From: an uncultured Rikenellaceae bacterium
Lineage (GTDB): Bacteria > Bacteroidota > Bacteroidia > Bacteroidales > VadinHA17
Direction: 5' to 3'
Length of the DNA: 45,085 bases
NCBI GenBank assembly: GCA_964396955.1
Contig: CAYNGW010000001.1
Coordinates: 1 to 45,085, forward strand
The notes under the pieces were generated by a model, which was given only the letters and a program-made list of their open reading frames with translations, had not been told where the DNA came from and searched no databases. The position numbers and the translations under genes are program-made. Each line of letters opens with the position of its first letter. Position 1 is the stretch's first letter. Below are positions 1 to 9,012 of the stretch, in pieces.

Positions 1-1
1 T

Positions 2-757
2 TTTTCAATTTCCTTCATAACATTCTTTTTTCTGAAGGACCAGCATCTGTTTTTTGAATCCATCCTGATGTGGGTTCCGGACAAATACACGGAGAATTTC
101 ACAAGAGCTCTATATTCAATTAAAAAACTGCTGACCAGGTATTTTATCGGAGTTCTTATCCAGTGTACCGGAATCATGATAATGATCGATATTGGAATGA
201 CCATCGCAGGGATTGATTTTCAGCAGGCTCTGGTCATGGGCCTGATCCTGGGAATTCTGAACGTGATCCCGTATGTAGGACCCTGGATAGGTTTATTCAT
301 AGCCATAATAATGGGCGTGGCATCTCATATTGACCAGGATTTTTCAGCTGTGGTTCTTCCGCTCGTTTATTATATGATCCTCGTTGAAGTTATTGTACAT
401 GCAATTGATAATGTTGTTAATCAGCCTCTGATCTTTTCAAACAGCGTAAGAGCTCATCCTCTTGAAATTTTTATCGTGATACTTGCAGCAGGATTTGCAG
501 CAGGTATACCGGGAATGATCCTGGGAATTCCTACTTACACAGTGCTCAGGGTCTTTGCCAGGGAATTCTTTAACAACTTCAAGGCAGTGCAGAAAATTAC
601 CTCAGGGCTTTCGCCTGAGAATATAGCCAAACATCATAGTCCTTTTGATAACATTATTAAAGATAAGAACGAGCCTGACATTGCGGAAAATCCCGAAAAT
701 CCTGAAAAATCGGAAAAACAAAGAAAACATAGCAAACCTGAAGAATCCGAATCATAA
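2..757 (+). CDS. AI-2E family transporter (PerM/UPF0118-like), 5' end cut by the window edge
   Basis: The frame is open from nt 2 with no stop before the first ATG at 68, so the gene starts upstream of the window. It is a polytopic membrane protein with an LNVIPYVGPWIG segment typical of this family. The hydrophilic tail AENPENPEKSEKQRKHSKPEESES is encoded by a 9-nt periodic array. Confidence 0.75.
   Translation, partial: FSISFITFFFLKDQHLFFESILMWVPDKYTENFTRALYSIKKLLTRYFIGVLIQCTGIMIMIDIGMTIAGIDFQQALVMGLILGILNVIPYVGPWIGLFIAIIMGVASHIDQDFSAVVLPLVYYMILVEVIVHAIDNVVNQPLIFSNSVRAHPLEIFIVILAAGFAAGIPGMILGIPTYTVLRVFAREFFNNFKAVQKITSGLSPENIAKHHSPFDNIIKDKNEPDIAENPENPEKSEKQRKHSKPEESES
683..754 (+). repeat. 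degenerate 9-nt tandem array x8 at the 3' end of the AI-2E CDS
   Basis: gcggaaaat / cccgaaaat / cctgaaaaa / tcggaaaaa / caaagaaaa / catagcaaa / cctgaagaa / tccgaatca, then TAA. In frame it encodes AEN PEN PEK SEK QRK HSK PEE SES. Confidence 0.8.
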
Positions 758-805
758 GCGGGTCATTTTAAATAAGATAGCTGGATTACCAAGATTACCT
801 GACTG

Positions 806-1045
806 ATGAGACCTCTCCTTACGTATGCAGCGAAACTATTCCGTTTCTACTACGACGGATTCAGCAATATGTCGTCATGGGGGAAGCGGGTCTGGATCAT
901 TATCATCATTAAACTCTTTATTATTTTCATTATTCTGAAAGTATTCTTTTTCCCTGATATTCTGAAAAGGGAATATGATACCGATGAGCAGAGAAGCGAA
1001 TATGTTCTTGATCAACTTACCAAATCATCTGAAACAAATGATTGA
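806..1045 (+). CDS. small membrane protein upstream of cydA (DUF4492-like)
   Basis: 79-aa ORF with one strongly hydrophobic helix (VWIIIIIKLFIIFIILKVFFF). Its stop (1043-1045) overlaps the cydA ATG at 1038 (ATGATTGA). Size and position match the small proteins that precede cydAB in Bacteroidota. The family name is from memory and was not searched. Confidence 0.6.
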   Translation: MRPLLTYAAKLFRFYYDGFSNMSSWGKRVWIIIIIKLFIIFIILKVFFFPDILKREYDTDEQRSEYVLDQLTKSSETND

Positions 1046-2603
1046 AAATGCAGATATCGCTCTTACAGACTGGTCGAGAGCCCAGTTTGCCCTGACAGCA
1101 ATTTACCACTGGATCTTTGTTCCCCTTACACTGGGATTGTCATTCATTATTGCCATTATGGAGTCCGTTTACGTGCGTACCGGAAATGAGGAATGGAAAA
1201 GACTGACCCGGTTCTGGATGACTCTTTTCGGGATAAACTTTGCAATTGGTGTCGCTACAGGGATAATCCTTGAATTTGAATTTGGCACCAACTGGTCAAA
1301 TTATTCCTGGTTCGTGGGGGATATCTTCGGAGCTCCGCTTGCAATAGAAGGGATACTGGCATTCTTCCTTGAATCTACCTTTATTGCCGTAATGTTTTTC
1401 GGATGGAACAAGGTGGGAAAGAAATTCCACCTGGCCTCCTCCTGGCTGGTAGCCATAGGGGCCAACCTGTCAGCACTATGGATCCTTGTAGCAAACGCCT
1501 GGATGCAAAATCCGGTTGGTATGGTATTTAATCCGGATACTGCCCGCAATGAAATGACGGATTTCCGGGCGGTCCTTTTCAATCCGGTCGCCGTTGATAA
1601 GTTCCTGCATACCATTTCCTCGGGATTCCTGCTCGCTTCCCTGTTTGTTATTGGTGTAAGCTCCTGGTTCCTGTTAAAAAGGAGAGAAGAATGGTTTGCA
1701 ACAAAAAGCGTGGTCATTGCTTCGGTATTCGGACTCTTATCATCACTGATGGTTGCAATCACCGGAGATACGTCAGCAAGGACCCTGTCTGCGGTTCAGC
1801 CGATGAAATTTGCCGCTTTCGAAGCCCTCTACAAGGGAAGGCAAAATGCCGGGCTGGTTGCATTCGGAATTCTGAAAGATTCTGAAAAAGGATCAGATCT
1901 GTTGAAAGCCAGGGATTTTGCATTGCGGATCGAAATACCGGGATTACTGTCAGTAATGACAGGAGGGGACAGAGAAACATTTGTGCCCGGGATCAAAGAC
2001 CTTGTCTACGGACTTTCTGACAGCACTATCCTGGCTGTAGCCGAAAAGATGAAAAGAGGCAGAGTTGCCAGAGATCTTTTAAATGATTACAAGGAAGCTA
2101 AAAAGCAAAATGATCAAATACAGGTAGAAGCAATAAAGAAAACCTTTCAGGATAAAAATTTCATTGACGACTACTTCAGTTATTTCGGGTATGCTTTTCT
2201 TGAAACACCTGAAGATGCGATTCCGAATGTGCCGGTGGCATTTTATGCCTTTCATCTTATGTTCATACTGGGATTCCTTTTTATCCTTATCTGTTGTATC
2301 GCTCTTTACCTTGGGCTGAAAGGGACTATTTCCAAAAACAGATGGTTCCTGTGGATTGCCCTGTTTTCAATCCCGCTGGCATATATTGCCAGTGAATCAG
2401 GATGGATTCTGGCTGAAATGGGACGCCAGCCCTGGATCATACAGGATCTGATGCCGGTTTCGGCGGCAGTCTCACAGCTCAGCGCAGGGGCAGTTATGAC
2501 GACCTTCATCCTTTTTGCACTGCTGTTCACCGCACTGCTTGTAGCCGAAGTTTCAATCATGATCAGGCAGATCAAAACAGGTCCAAAACACCAGGAGGGA
2601 TAA
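1038..2603 (+). CDS. cydA: cytochrome bd ubiquinol oxidase subunit I
   Basis: N-terminus MIENADIALTDWSRAQFALTAIYHWIFVPLTLG, multiple TM helices, a long hydrophilic Q-loop-like segment, and a C-terminal GWILAEMGRQPW motif. I chose the internal ATG at 1038 over the ORF-track start at 975 because 975 would overlap most of the upstream gene's 3' end. Confidence 0.93.
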   Translation: MIENADIALTDWSRAQFALTAIYHWIFVPLTLGLSFIIAIMESVYVRTGNEEWKRLTRFWMTLFGINFAIGVATGIILEFEFGTNWSNYSWFVGDIFGAPLAIEGILAFFLESTFIAVMFFGWNKVGKKFHLASSWLVAIGANLSALWILVANAWMQNPVGMVFNPDTARNEMTDFRAVLFNPVAVDKFLHTISSGFLLASLFVIGVSSWFLLKRREEWFATKSVVIASVFGLLSSLMVAITGDTSARTLSAVQPMKFAAFEALYKGRQNAGLVAFGILKDSEKGSDLLKARDFALRIEIPGLLSVMTGGDRETFVPGIKDLVYGLSDSTILAVAEKMKRGRVARDLLNDYKEAKKQNDQIQVEAIKKTFQDKNFIDDYFSYFGYAFLETPEDAIPNVPVAFYAFHLMFILGFLFILICCIALYLGLKGTISKNRWFLWIALFSIPLAYIASESGWILAEMGRQPWIIQDLMPVSAAVSQLSAGAVMTTFILFALLFTALLVAEVSIMIRQIKTGPKHQEG

Positions 2604-2605
2604 TT

Positions 2606-3736
2606 ATGACAATGATGATATCATATTTTTTTCTGCAATCATACTGGTGGGTGATAATATCCCTCCTCGGAAGCCTGCTGGTGTTTCTGATGTTTGTCCA
2701 GGGAGGTCAGTCAATGATCTTTTCACTGCCTGACACCGATGTCCGTAAAACAATGATAATAAATGCACTGGGAAGAAAATGGGAGTTCACATTTACTACC
2801 CTGGTGACATTTGGCGGTGCATTTTTTGCCGCTTTTCCGCTGTTTTATGCCACAAGCTTCGGAGGAGCATACTGGGTATGGATTGCAATTCTTTTAAGCT
2901 TTATAATCCAGGCAATAGCCTATGAATTCAGATCCAAGCCGGCAAATGTTCTTGGTAAAAAGACTTTTGATATTTTTCTTTTTCTCAACGGGGTACTCGG
3001 ACCTTTTCTCATCGGCACTGCAGTGGGGACCTTTTTTACGGGCTCTCAGTTCAGCCTGAATAGTATGAACAATGTGCAATGGGCCAACGGATGGCATGGG
3101 CTGGAGGCTTTGATCAACGGCAGGAATGTCGCACTCGGACTGGCAGTCCTGTTCCTGACAAGAGTTAATGGTTTGTTATATATAATTAATACTGTGGATG
3201 ACGGGGAACTTGTATGCCGGTCAGTTAAAAAACTGGTAATAAATTCTGTTTCCTTCCTTGTCTTTTTCCTCTTCTTTCTTGTTACACTCCTGGTGGCCAA
3301 TGGATTTGCAGCTGACAGTGAAACGAGCCAGATCGTGATGGAAAAATTCAAGTATCTCCATAATTTCATCCAGATGCCTGTGGTCCTTGTTTTATTCCTG
3401 GCAGGAGTTGTTGCCGTCATTTATGGCATCGGAATCACAATCTTCAGAAGCAGCCGGAAGAGTATATGGTTCAGCGGAGCAGGGACTGTTCTTACAGTTT
3501 TTGCGCTGTTCCTTGTTGCAGGATTCAACGGAACGTCATTTTATCCATCATCTTTCCAGTTGCCAGGCTCCCTTACAATTCATAATGCATCTTCAAGTCA
3601 TTTTACGCTGAGGACCATGATGTATGTTTCATTCATAATTCCATTTGTTATGGCATATATATGGTATGCATGGAAGGCAATCAATAAAAAGAAAATCACT
3701 GAGGAGGAAATGAAAGAAGAAGGGCATATTTATTAA
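2606..3736 (+). CDS. cydB: cytochrome bd ubiquinol oxidase subunit II
   Basis: Starts 2 nt after the cydA stop. 376-aa polytopic membrane protein with the usual CydB length and hydrophobicity pattern (SYWWVIISLLGSLLVFLMFVQGGQ). Confidence 0.9.
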   Translation: MTMMISYFFLQSYWWVIISLLGSLLVFLMFVQGGQSMIFSLPDTDVRKTMIINALGRKWEFTFTTLVTFGGAFFAAFPLFYATSFGGAYWVWIAILLSFIIQAIAYEFRSKPANVLGKKTFDIFLFLNGVLGPFLIGTAVGTFFTGSQFSLNSMNNVQWANGWHGLEALINGRNVALGLAVLFLTRVNGLLYIINTVDDGELVCRSVKKLVINSVSFLVFFLFFLVTLLVANGFAADSETSQIVMEKFKYLHNFIQMPVVLVLFLAGVVAVIYGIGITIFRSSRKSIWFSGAGTVLTVFALFLVAGFNGTSFYPSSFQLPGSLTIHNASSSHFTLRTMMYVSFIIPFVMAYIWYAWKAINKKKITEEEMKEEGHIY

Positions 3737-3737
3737 A

Positions 3738-3810
3738 GGTTACCGGCAACGGGCTTCAGGTTACAGGCCTGAGATATTTGGGACTGCAAGACATTAAGAC
3801 AATCAGACAA
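3738..3810. repeat. heptad array (GGnnnCn x5, 3738-3772) plus octad array (nAAGACAn x3, 3787-3810) between convergent cydB and pssA
   Basis: ggttacc / ggcaacg / ggcttca / ggttaca / ggcctga starts 2 nt after the cydB stop. caagacat / taagacaa / tcagacaa ends 8 nt before the pssA stop. Confidence 0.7.
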
Positions 3811-3817
3811 CACTTTC

Positions 3818-4540
3818 CTACCTGAATAACAGCGAAATAAGAGAGATAATTATATACAATGGTATTATCAGGGTAGCTCCGGCGAGGCCAAAAACTGCCA
3901 GGGCTGCAATCACCAGTATAACAAGGATATACCGTTCTTCATTTCCCCTGAGCTTCAGATGAGCGAATTTCAAAGAGAACATTGGGATGCGGGTAACCAT
4001 AAGCAGGGAAAGTACTGTTGTGAAAATTATTATTGCCACGGTGGATCCCGCAAGACCGGCGATCAAACCGGAATCTGAATAATTCAGGGCAATAACAATC
4101 CCGACAACTGCAAGTGCATTTGCCGGGGTAGGCAGACCTTTAAATGAAGTAGCCTGGGTTTCGTCAGTGTTGAATATTGCGAGCCGCAGGCCGGCACAAA
4201 CAGGCATAATCGCCGGAGAAATGAGAATCATCACCGGAAGAAACCCATCAGCATTGATTATCATCGGAGCTGATAATGAGAGAGATGTGCCCAGAAGCTG
4301 GTAGATCAATATGGCTGGTGCCACACCGAAGCTTACAACGTCAGCAAGAGAATCGAGTTCCTTGCCAATTGGTGAATATGCTTTCAGGAGCCTTGCGGAA
4401 AAACCATCAAGAAAATCGAATATCATTGCTGCCAGGATAAGCCATGAGCCTGTTGCAAGATCTCCGTTCAGGGCATAAATAATAGCAATAAAACCGGCTG
4501 CAAGATTAAGAGAAGTAATGAAATTGGGAATATGCTTCAT
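3818..4540 (-). CDS. pssA: CDP-diacylglycerol--serine O-phosphatidyltransferase (CDP-alcohol phosphatidyltransferase family)
   Basis: Motif DGFSARLLKAYSPIGKELDSLADVVSFG matches D-G-x2-A-R-x8-G-x3-D-x3-D. The start is set at MKHIPNFITSLNLAAG (ATG at 4540). The 51 codons upstream in the ORF track look non-coding. Confidence 0.85.
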   Translation of the reverse strand: MKHIPNFITSLNLAAGFIAIIYALNGDLATGSWLILAAMIFDFLDGFSARLLKAYSPIGKELDSLADVVSFGVAPAILIYQLLGTSLSLSAPMIINADGFLPVMILISPAIMPVCAGLRLAIFNTDETQATSFKGLPTPANALAVVGIVIALNYSDSGLIAGLAGSTVAIIIFTTVLSLLMVTRIPMFSLKFAHLKLRGNEERYILVILVIAALAVFGLAGATLIIPLYIIISLISLLFR

Positions 4541-4627
4541 CTTTAAACAATTGTTCACGGGGAGGGTAAAATTAAGATTAATTTCAGTAATAATGCCATT
4601 TTGGTTAAATTTGGCTCCACGAATAAT

Positions 4628-5086
4628 ATGGCAATGATTGATTTCAACAATATAAAGATCGCAGTTGATTTTGACGGGACTATCGTTGAGCATCAGTACC
4701 CGGAAATAGGCAAGGAAAAACTATTTGCTTTTCAGACTCTCAAGGAGCTTGAAAAAAGAGGGGCCAGGATTATACTCTGGACATTCAGGACCGGCAAGGA
4801 GCTTGAAGATGCTGTAAATTTTTGCAATCAGAACGGAGTTGAATTCTATGCAGTAAACAAGAATTATCCTGAAGAGGTGCAGGATGAAACTGTGAGCCGG
4901 AAAATAGATGCAGACATATATATTGATGATAAGAATATCGGAGGATTCCCCGGATGGAGCGAGGTATGGCAGATGCTTTATCCTTTTGAAATTCAGCAGA
5001 AAGAAGCAGAAAAAAGGATCACCTCAGCAAGAAAGAATATTTTCAAACGTTTATTTGCATGGATAAAGAAAACAGATGAAAAGTGA
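4628..5086 (+). CDS. HAD-superfamily-like small hydrolase (hypothetical)
   Basis: DxDxT-type motif (IAVDFDGTIV) near the N-terminus and a later DD pair (YIDDKN). First ATG in the ORF is at 4628. Function not assignable. Confidence 0.5.
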   Translation: MAMIDFNNIKIAVDFDGTIVEHQYPEIGKEKLFAFQTLKELEKRGARIILWTFRTGKELEDAVNFCNQNGVEFYAVNKNYPEEVQDETVSRKIDADIYIDDKNIGGFPGWSEVWQMLYPFEIQQKEAEKRITSARKNIFKRLFAWIKKTDEK

Positions 5087-5090
5087 TTAT

Positions 5091-6197
5091 ATGAAATACA
5101 TACTTTCCCTTTTTGTGCTGCTCACGGTAACATGGATAATTTCATGTTCCGGCAGACCCGGGAAAGCTACGGAAGGGAAAACAGAACCTGGTCCAATAAC
5201 TGAAGAGGAGACTTTTACTAACCTGATAACAATGACAATCCCGGCTGAAAATTCAGAATTCAAACTTGAAGAGCCGATGAAGGTGGTTCTGGCACAGGAT
5301 AACATGAGAGTTCCACCTGACTCAATACTAATCTTTTTTGACGGAAAAGCTGTGGCTACTCTCGGGCCGGGATTATGGGAATACACAATCCCTTCATCTT
5401 TTACAGCAAGTACCGGAAGAAAATCACTGAAAGTATCAGCATATAAAAAAGGCAAAGCAAGGACAACAATCACACGGTTCATGATTGTCCTCTCAGATAT
5501 TGTCCCTGAGCGGAATGGTTACAGGATAATACATGAATTTCGTCATGACAGGGATGCATTTACCCAGGGGCTTTTTTACGATAATGGCTCGTTGTACGAA
5601 GGAACCGGGCAGGAAACAGGTTCCACCCTGAGGGAGGTGGAACTTGCGACAGGAAAAGTCATTCGCCAGCTGAATCTTGAGCCTCCTCTTTTTGGTGAAG
5701 GGATAACTCTATATAAGGACAGGATATACCAGGTTACATGGAGATCCAAAGTCGGATTTGTTTATGACAAAGCCACCTTCAGCCAGATTAACAGGATCTA
5801 TTACCAGAGCGAGGGCTGGGGTTTGACAACAATTAAAGATCAGATAGTTATGAGCGACGGGACGAATGTTCTGTATTTCTTTGAACCTGAAATGTTTACT
5901 GTAGTTTCCCGGCTTGAGGTATATGACAATGAGAAAAAAGCGGATCAGCTTAACGAGCTGGAATATATCAATGGCGAGATCTGGGCAAACATCTGGATGT
6001 CTGATCTGATCGCAAGGATTGATCCCGTATCAGGCAGGATAATTGCTTACATCGACCTCAGGGGAATACTGAAAGATCCTGATACTGATACAAGCGTAAA
6101 TGTGCTGAACGGTATTGCTTATGATAAAGAGGGGAACAGGATCTTTGTGACCGGCAAAAACTGGCCAAAGCTGTTTGAGATAAAGCTTATTGAATGA
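5091..6197 (+). CDS. glutaminyl-peptide cyclotransferase (beta-propeller type), lipoprotein
   Basis: Signal peptide with lipobox (LLTVTWIISCSG). The C-terminal ~250 aa (YRIIHEFRHDRDAFTQGLFYDNGSLYEGTGQ ... NGIAYD ... FVTGKNWPKLFEI) resemble plant/bacterial glutamine cyclotransferases. There is an extra ~120-aa N-terminal domain. Confidence 0.8.
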   Translation: MKYILSLFVLLTVTWIISCSGRPGKATEGKTEPGPITEEETFTNLITMTIPAENSEFKLEEPMKVVLAQDNMRVPPDSILIFFDGKAVATLGPGLWEYTIPSSFTASTGRKSLKVSAYKKGKARTTITRFMIVLSDIVPERNGYRIIHEFRHDRDAFTQGLFYDNGSLYEGTGQETGSTLREVELATGKVIRQLNLEPPLFGEGITLYKDRIYQVTWRSKVGFVYDKATFSQINRIYYQSEGWGLTTIKDQIVMSDGTNVLYFFEPEMFTVVSRLEVYDNEKKADQLNELEYINGEIWANIWMSDLIARIDPVSGRIIAYIDLRGILKDPDTDTSVNVLNGIAYDKEGNRIFVTGKNWPKLFEIKLIE

Positions 6198-7140
6198 TCC
6201 TTGTGCCGTAAACAACATTTATTGCTGCAGGAATAATGCTGAACTCCGCAGGAGTGTGACCCAGCGATTCTCCGTCAGCTTCCAGATACAGCAAAGATTC
6301 AGATTCAACGCGGAGATTATTGGCACGGTATCCGTCAATTTTCGGGTGGCTGAGGATGGTCCCGTCGTAAAGCAGCTTCAGGCTTTTTATTATTTCAAGC
6401 CTGCCCATCTCCCTGATAACGGTAATATCCAGTAAACCGTCATCCGGAAGAGCGTCGGGAGTTTGCCTCATTCCTCCTCCGCAGTACCTGCCGTTACCCA
6501 CGTTAATCGAAAAAACATTGCTGGTACTCCTCTTCCCGTCAATGATAATATCTGTTTTTATGTTTTTATACGAAAAAAGGCTTGACAGGAGATTATAGAA
6601 ATAGAGCGCCTGGCTGCTTCTTCCTTTGTCTTTCTGCTTGTTTGCCTTTTTTACAACAAGCGATTCGAATCCCAATCCTGCTATATTGATAAAATATCTC
6701 TTATGCTCTTCGCTTCCGGAACGATAGCTGACCACCCCGATATCGTGCAGCATAAGTTTGTTATCCCTGATCACTGTAATGGCTCCTTCGTATACCAGGG
6801 GAATGCCGAACATACGTCCCCAGTCGTTGCCGGTTCCAACGGGGATCATACCTACTGTGATCTCTTTCGGGGGACAGTATTCCTGAGTGAAAATACCGTT
6901 AACCACCTCATTAAGAGTACCATCGCCGCCAACGGAGATAATTTTCCGGAAACCCGTATTAATGGCTTTCCTGGTATACTCAATTGCATGACCTTTATTC
7001 TGGGTGAATTGCGAAAATACCGGGATATTTTCTCTTTCAAAGAGACCGGAAATCCTGTCCCAGTCCCTCTTACCCTTACCGTTACCGGCATTGGGATTAA
7101 CTATGGCATACCACTCTTTCAGTACATTAGTTTCTGGCAT
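6187..7140 (-). CDS. diacylglycerol/lipid kinase family protein (YegS/BmrU-like)
   Basis: AIVNPNAGNGKG near the N-terminus and VGGDGTLNEVVNG, both typical of the DAGK catalytic domain. The 3' end overlaps the convergent cyclotransferase gene by 11 nt. Confidence 0.85.
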   Translation of the reverse strand: MPETNVLKEWYAIVNPNAGNGKGKRDWDRISGLFERENIPVFSQFTQNKGHAIEYTRKAINTGFRKIISVGGDGTLNEVVNGIFTQEYCPPKEITVGMIPVGTGNDWGRMFGIPLVYEGAITVIRDNKLMLHDIGVVSYRSGSEEHKRYFINIAGLGFESLVVKKANKQKDKGRSSQALYFYNLLSSLFSYKNIKTDIIIDGKRSTSNVFSINVGNGRYCGGGMRQTPDALPDDGLLDITVIREMGRLEIIKSLKLLYDGTILSHPKIDGYRANNLRVESESLLYLEADGESLGHTPAEFSIIPAAINVVYGTRIIQ

Positions 7141-7274
7141 ATCTGATCAGGTTTTTAAGTTCTGTAAAGATGTAAATAAAACCGGCAAGAGCATGTTAAT
7201 AAGATGTTGAAAACCACAAAAAAATTGTTTACAATTACGTCTTTCACTTCCGGAGGCTATGGAGCTATAAATAG

Positions 7275-7282
7275 TAAATTTG
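7275..7282 (+). promoter_or_regulatory. Bacteroidota-type -7 promoter box TAAATTTG (TAnnTTTG)
   Basis: Exact match to the TAnnTTTG consensus, 40 nt upstream of the parA ATG. Confidence 0.5.
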
Positions 7283-7321
7283 AAGCTCAAAACAAAACCA
7301 AAAAACATTAAAAGGAATCAG

Positions 7322-8104
7322 ATGGGAAGGATAATAGCGATAGCGAATCAGAAGGGTGGAGTGGGAAAAACGACAACCGCAATAAATCTGGCTGCGAGTC
7401 TTGCAGCTCTTGAAAAGAAGGTACTGATTGTTGATGCTGATCCTCAGGCCAATGCTACTTCAGGTATTGGGGTTGATACCCGGCAGATAAGGAGTACAAT
7501 TTACGATTGTCTTATTGACGGGAAAGAGCCTGGTGAAACAATAATGGGATGCGAGGTGGAGAATCTTTCATTAATACCTTCAAATATTGACCTTGTTGGT
7601 GCTGAAATTGAAATGCTCGACAGGCCGGGAAGGGAAAAAATACTTAAAAGTGTCCTTGAAAAGATCAAAAACAATTACGATTTTGTCCTGATCGATTGTT
7701 CTCCTTCTCTTGGCCTGCTTACCGTTAATTCGCTGACAGCTTCAGATTCAGTTATAATACCGGTTCAGTGCGAGTATTTTGCGCTGGAAGGCCTTGGCAA
7801 ATTGCTTAATACCATAAAGATCATCCAGAATAATCTTAACACCGGGCTTGAGATTGAAGGATTTCTTCTGACAATGTACGATTCCAGGCTCAGGTTGTCA
7901 AACCAGGTGGCTGAAGAAGTGAACAAGCACTTTCAGCAGATGGTCTTTAAAACAATTATCCAGCGGAATGTAAAACTGTCGGAAGCGCCAAGCTTTGGCC
8001 AGCCGGCAATATTATATGATGCTGATTCACGGGGAACGGTAAACTATCTTAATCTTGCCAGGGAGCTGATAGAGAAACAGGAAGCCAGACTGAAAACAGC
8101 CTAG
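7322..8104 (+). CDS. parA: chromosome partitioning ATPase ParA/Soj
   Basis: Deviant Walker A (IAIANQKGGVGKTTTAINL) and VLIVDADPQANAT. The start is set at ATG 7322 because the ORF-track start at 7280 is a TTG. Confidence 0.93.
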   Translation: MGRIIAIANQKGGVGKTTTAINLAASLAALEKKVLIVDADPQANATSGIGVDTRQIRSTIYDCLIDGKEPGETIMGCEVENLSLIPSNIDLVGAEIEMLDRPGREKILKSVLEKIKNNYDFVLIDCSPSLGLLTVNSLTASDSVIIPVQCEYFALEGLGKLLNTIKIIQNNLNTGLEIEGFLLTMYDSRLRLSNQVAEEVNKHFQQMVFKTIIQRNVKLSEAPSFGQPAILYDADSRGTVNYLNLARELIEKQEARLKTA

Positions 8105-8112
8105 AAAAAGCA

Positions 8113-9000
8113 ATGAACATGACAAAGAAAAATGCATTGGGACGTGGTCTCGGCGCCTTGATTGAAGGTGTTGAAAAGGAGATTCTTGAGAAGAAAGTTG
8201 AAGTTAATCAGGATATTTCAGTTGACTCAATCGACAGCAATCCATTTCAGCCAAGAACCAATTTTGATGAACAGTCGCTTGATGAGCTTGCTGCATCAAT
8301 GAAGAAGCTCGGAATAGTACAGCCTCTTACGGTAAGGGATACAGGTGGCGGCAGGTACCAGCTTATTGCAGGTGAAAGACGGCTCAGGGCAGCAAGAAGG
8401 GCAGGACTGACTCACGTGCCGGCATATATAAGAACCGCTGATGATCAGGCAATGCTTGAACTGGCTCTTGTGGAGAATATCCAGCGCGAGGATCTCGATG
8501 CAGTTGAAGTAGCCATAAGCTTTCAGCGGCTTATTGAGGAATGCAAGCTGACACAGGAAGAGCTAAGCGAAAGAGTAGGTAAACAGAGATCAACAGTGAC
8601 CAACTATCTCAGGCTTCTTAAATTGCCTGCAGAAATACAGCTGGGAATCAAAAACAAACAGCTTATGATGGGCCACGCAAGAACCCTGATCAGTATTGAA
8701 GATCCAAAGAAGCAAATCAACATATATTATAAAATTATTGACGGGGAACTGTCAGTAAGACAGGCGGAAGAACTCGTAAGACAGCTTCAGTCTGCGAAAC
8801 TGAAAGATCCTGCCAGGCTCGAAAGAAAACAAAAGCTGAATCAGGATTTTTCAAGGCTATCCGAGCACCTTACCAATATATTTGCTGCTAATGTAAACTT
8901 CAGAATAAACGAACAGGGAAAGGGAAAGATCGTTATTCCATTTGAGAACCCTGAAGAGATGGAACGCATTTTAGGAGTATTTGATCGTCTGAACTCCTGA
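8113..9000 (+). CDS. parB: chromosome partitioning protein ParB/Spo0J
   Basis: ParB box QPLTVRD...YQLIAGERRLRAARRAGL and an HTH (TQEELSERVGKQRSTVTNYLRLLKLP). Starts 8 nt after parA. Confidence 0.93.
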   Translation: MNMTKKNALGRGLGALIEGVEKEILEKKVEVNQDISVDSIDSNPFQPRTNFDEQSLDELAASMKKLGIVQPLTVRDTGGGRYQLIAGERRLRAARRAGLTHVPAYIRTADDQAMLELALVENIQREDLDAVEVAISFQRLIEECKLTQEELSERVGKQRSTVTNYLRLLKLPAEIQLGIKNKQLMMGHARTLISIEDPKKQINIYYKIIDGELSVRQAEELVRQLQSAKLKDPARLERKQKLNQDFSRLSEHLTNIFAANVNFRINEQGKGKIVIPFENPEEMERILGVFDRLNS

Positions 9001-9012
9001 AAATAATTATCT

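Noticed and set aside
783-799. GGATTACC / AAGATTACC duplication upstream of the cyd operon, as another periodic array.
   Set aside because: With only two units, it is too short to distinguish from chance.
1301-1762. Long antisense or overlapping ORFs inside well-supported genes. This one, plus for example 13627-14238, 15724-16335, 17145-17462, 21198-21536, 29432-29899, 30299-30769 and 41419-41718.
   Set aside because: They lie entirely within, and opposite to or out of frame with, genes that have clear family motifs. Their translations are low-complexity or Ser/Arg/Cys-rich with no recognisable motif. They are typical shadow ORFs.
2377-2389. TGGCATATATTGC inside cydA, resembling a sigma-54 element.
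   Set aside because: Only 8 nt separate GG and GC instead of 10, and it is in the middle of a coding region.
4606-4613. TAAATTTG upstream of the HAD-like gene, and TAGCTTTG (24599-24606, minus strand) upstream of the DUF4290-like gene, as -7 promoter boxes.
   Set aside because: Both match TAnnTTTG but lie only 13-15 nt from the start codons, leaving almost no leader. They are plausible but weaker than the other boxes, so I did not list them as features.
4541-4693. N-terminal extension of pssA (ORF-track start 4693), and the analogous extensions of hydF (to 15607), cydA (975), parA (7280) and kup (26701).
   Set aside because: The extensions overlap neighbouring genes or promoters, contain no conserved sequence, and in several cases start at TTG. 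Internal ATGs coincide with the conserved N-termini of the families.
7141-7321. Replication origin near parAB.
   Set aside because: There is no dnaA gene and no cluster of DnaA-box-like 9-mers in this or any other spacer. The only TTATCCAC-like match I saw is a single copy inside the pnuC coding region near 41350.
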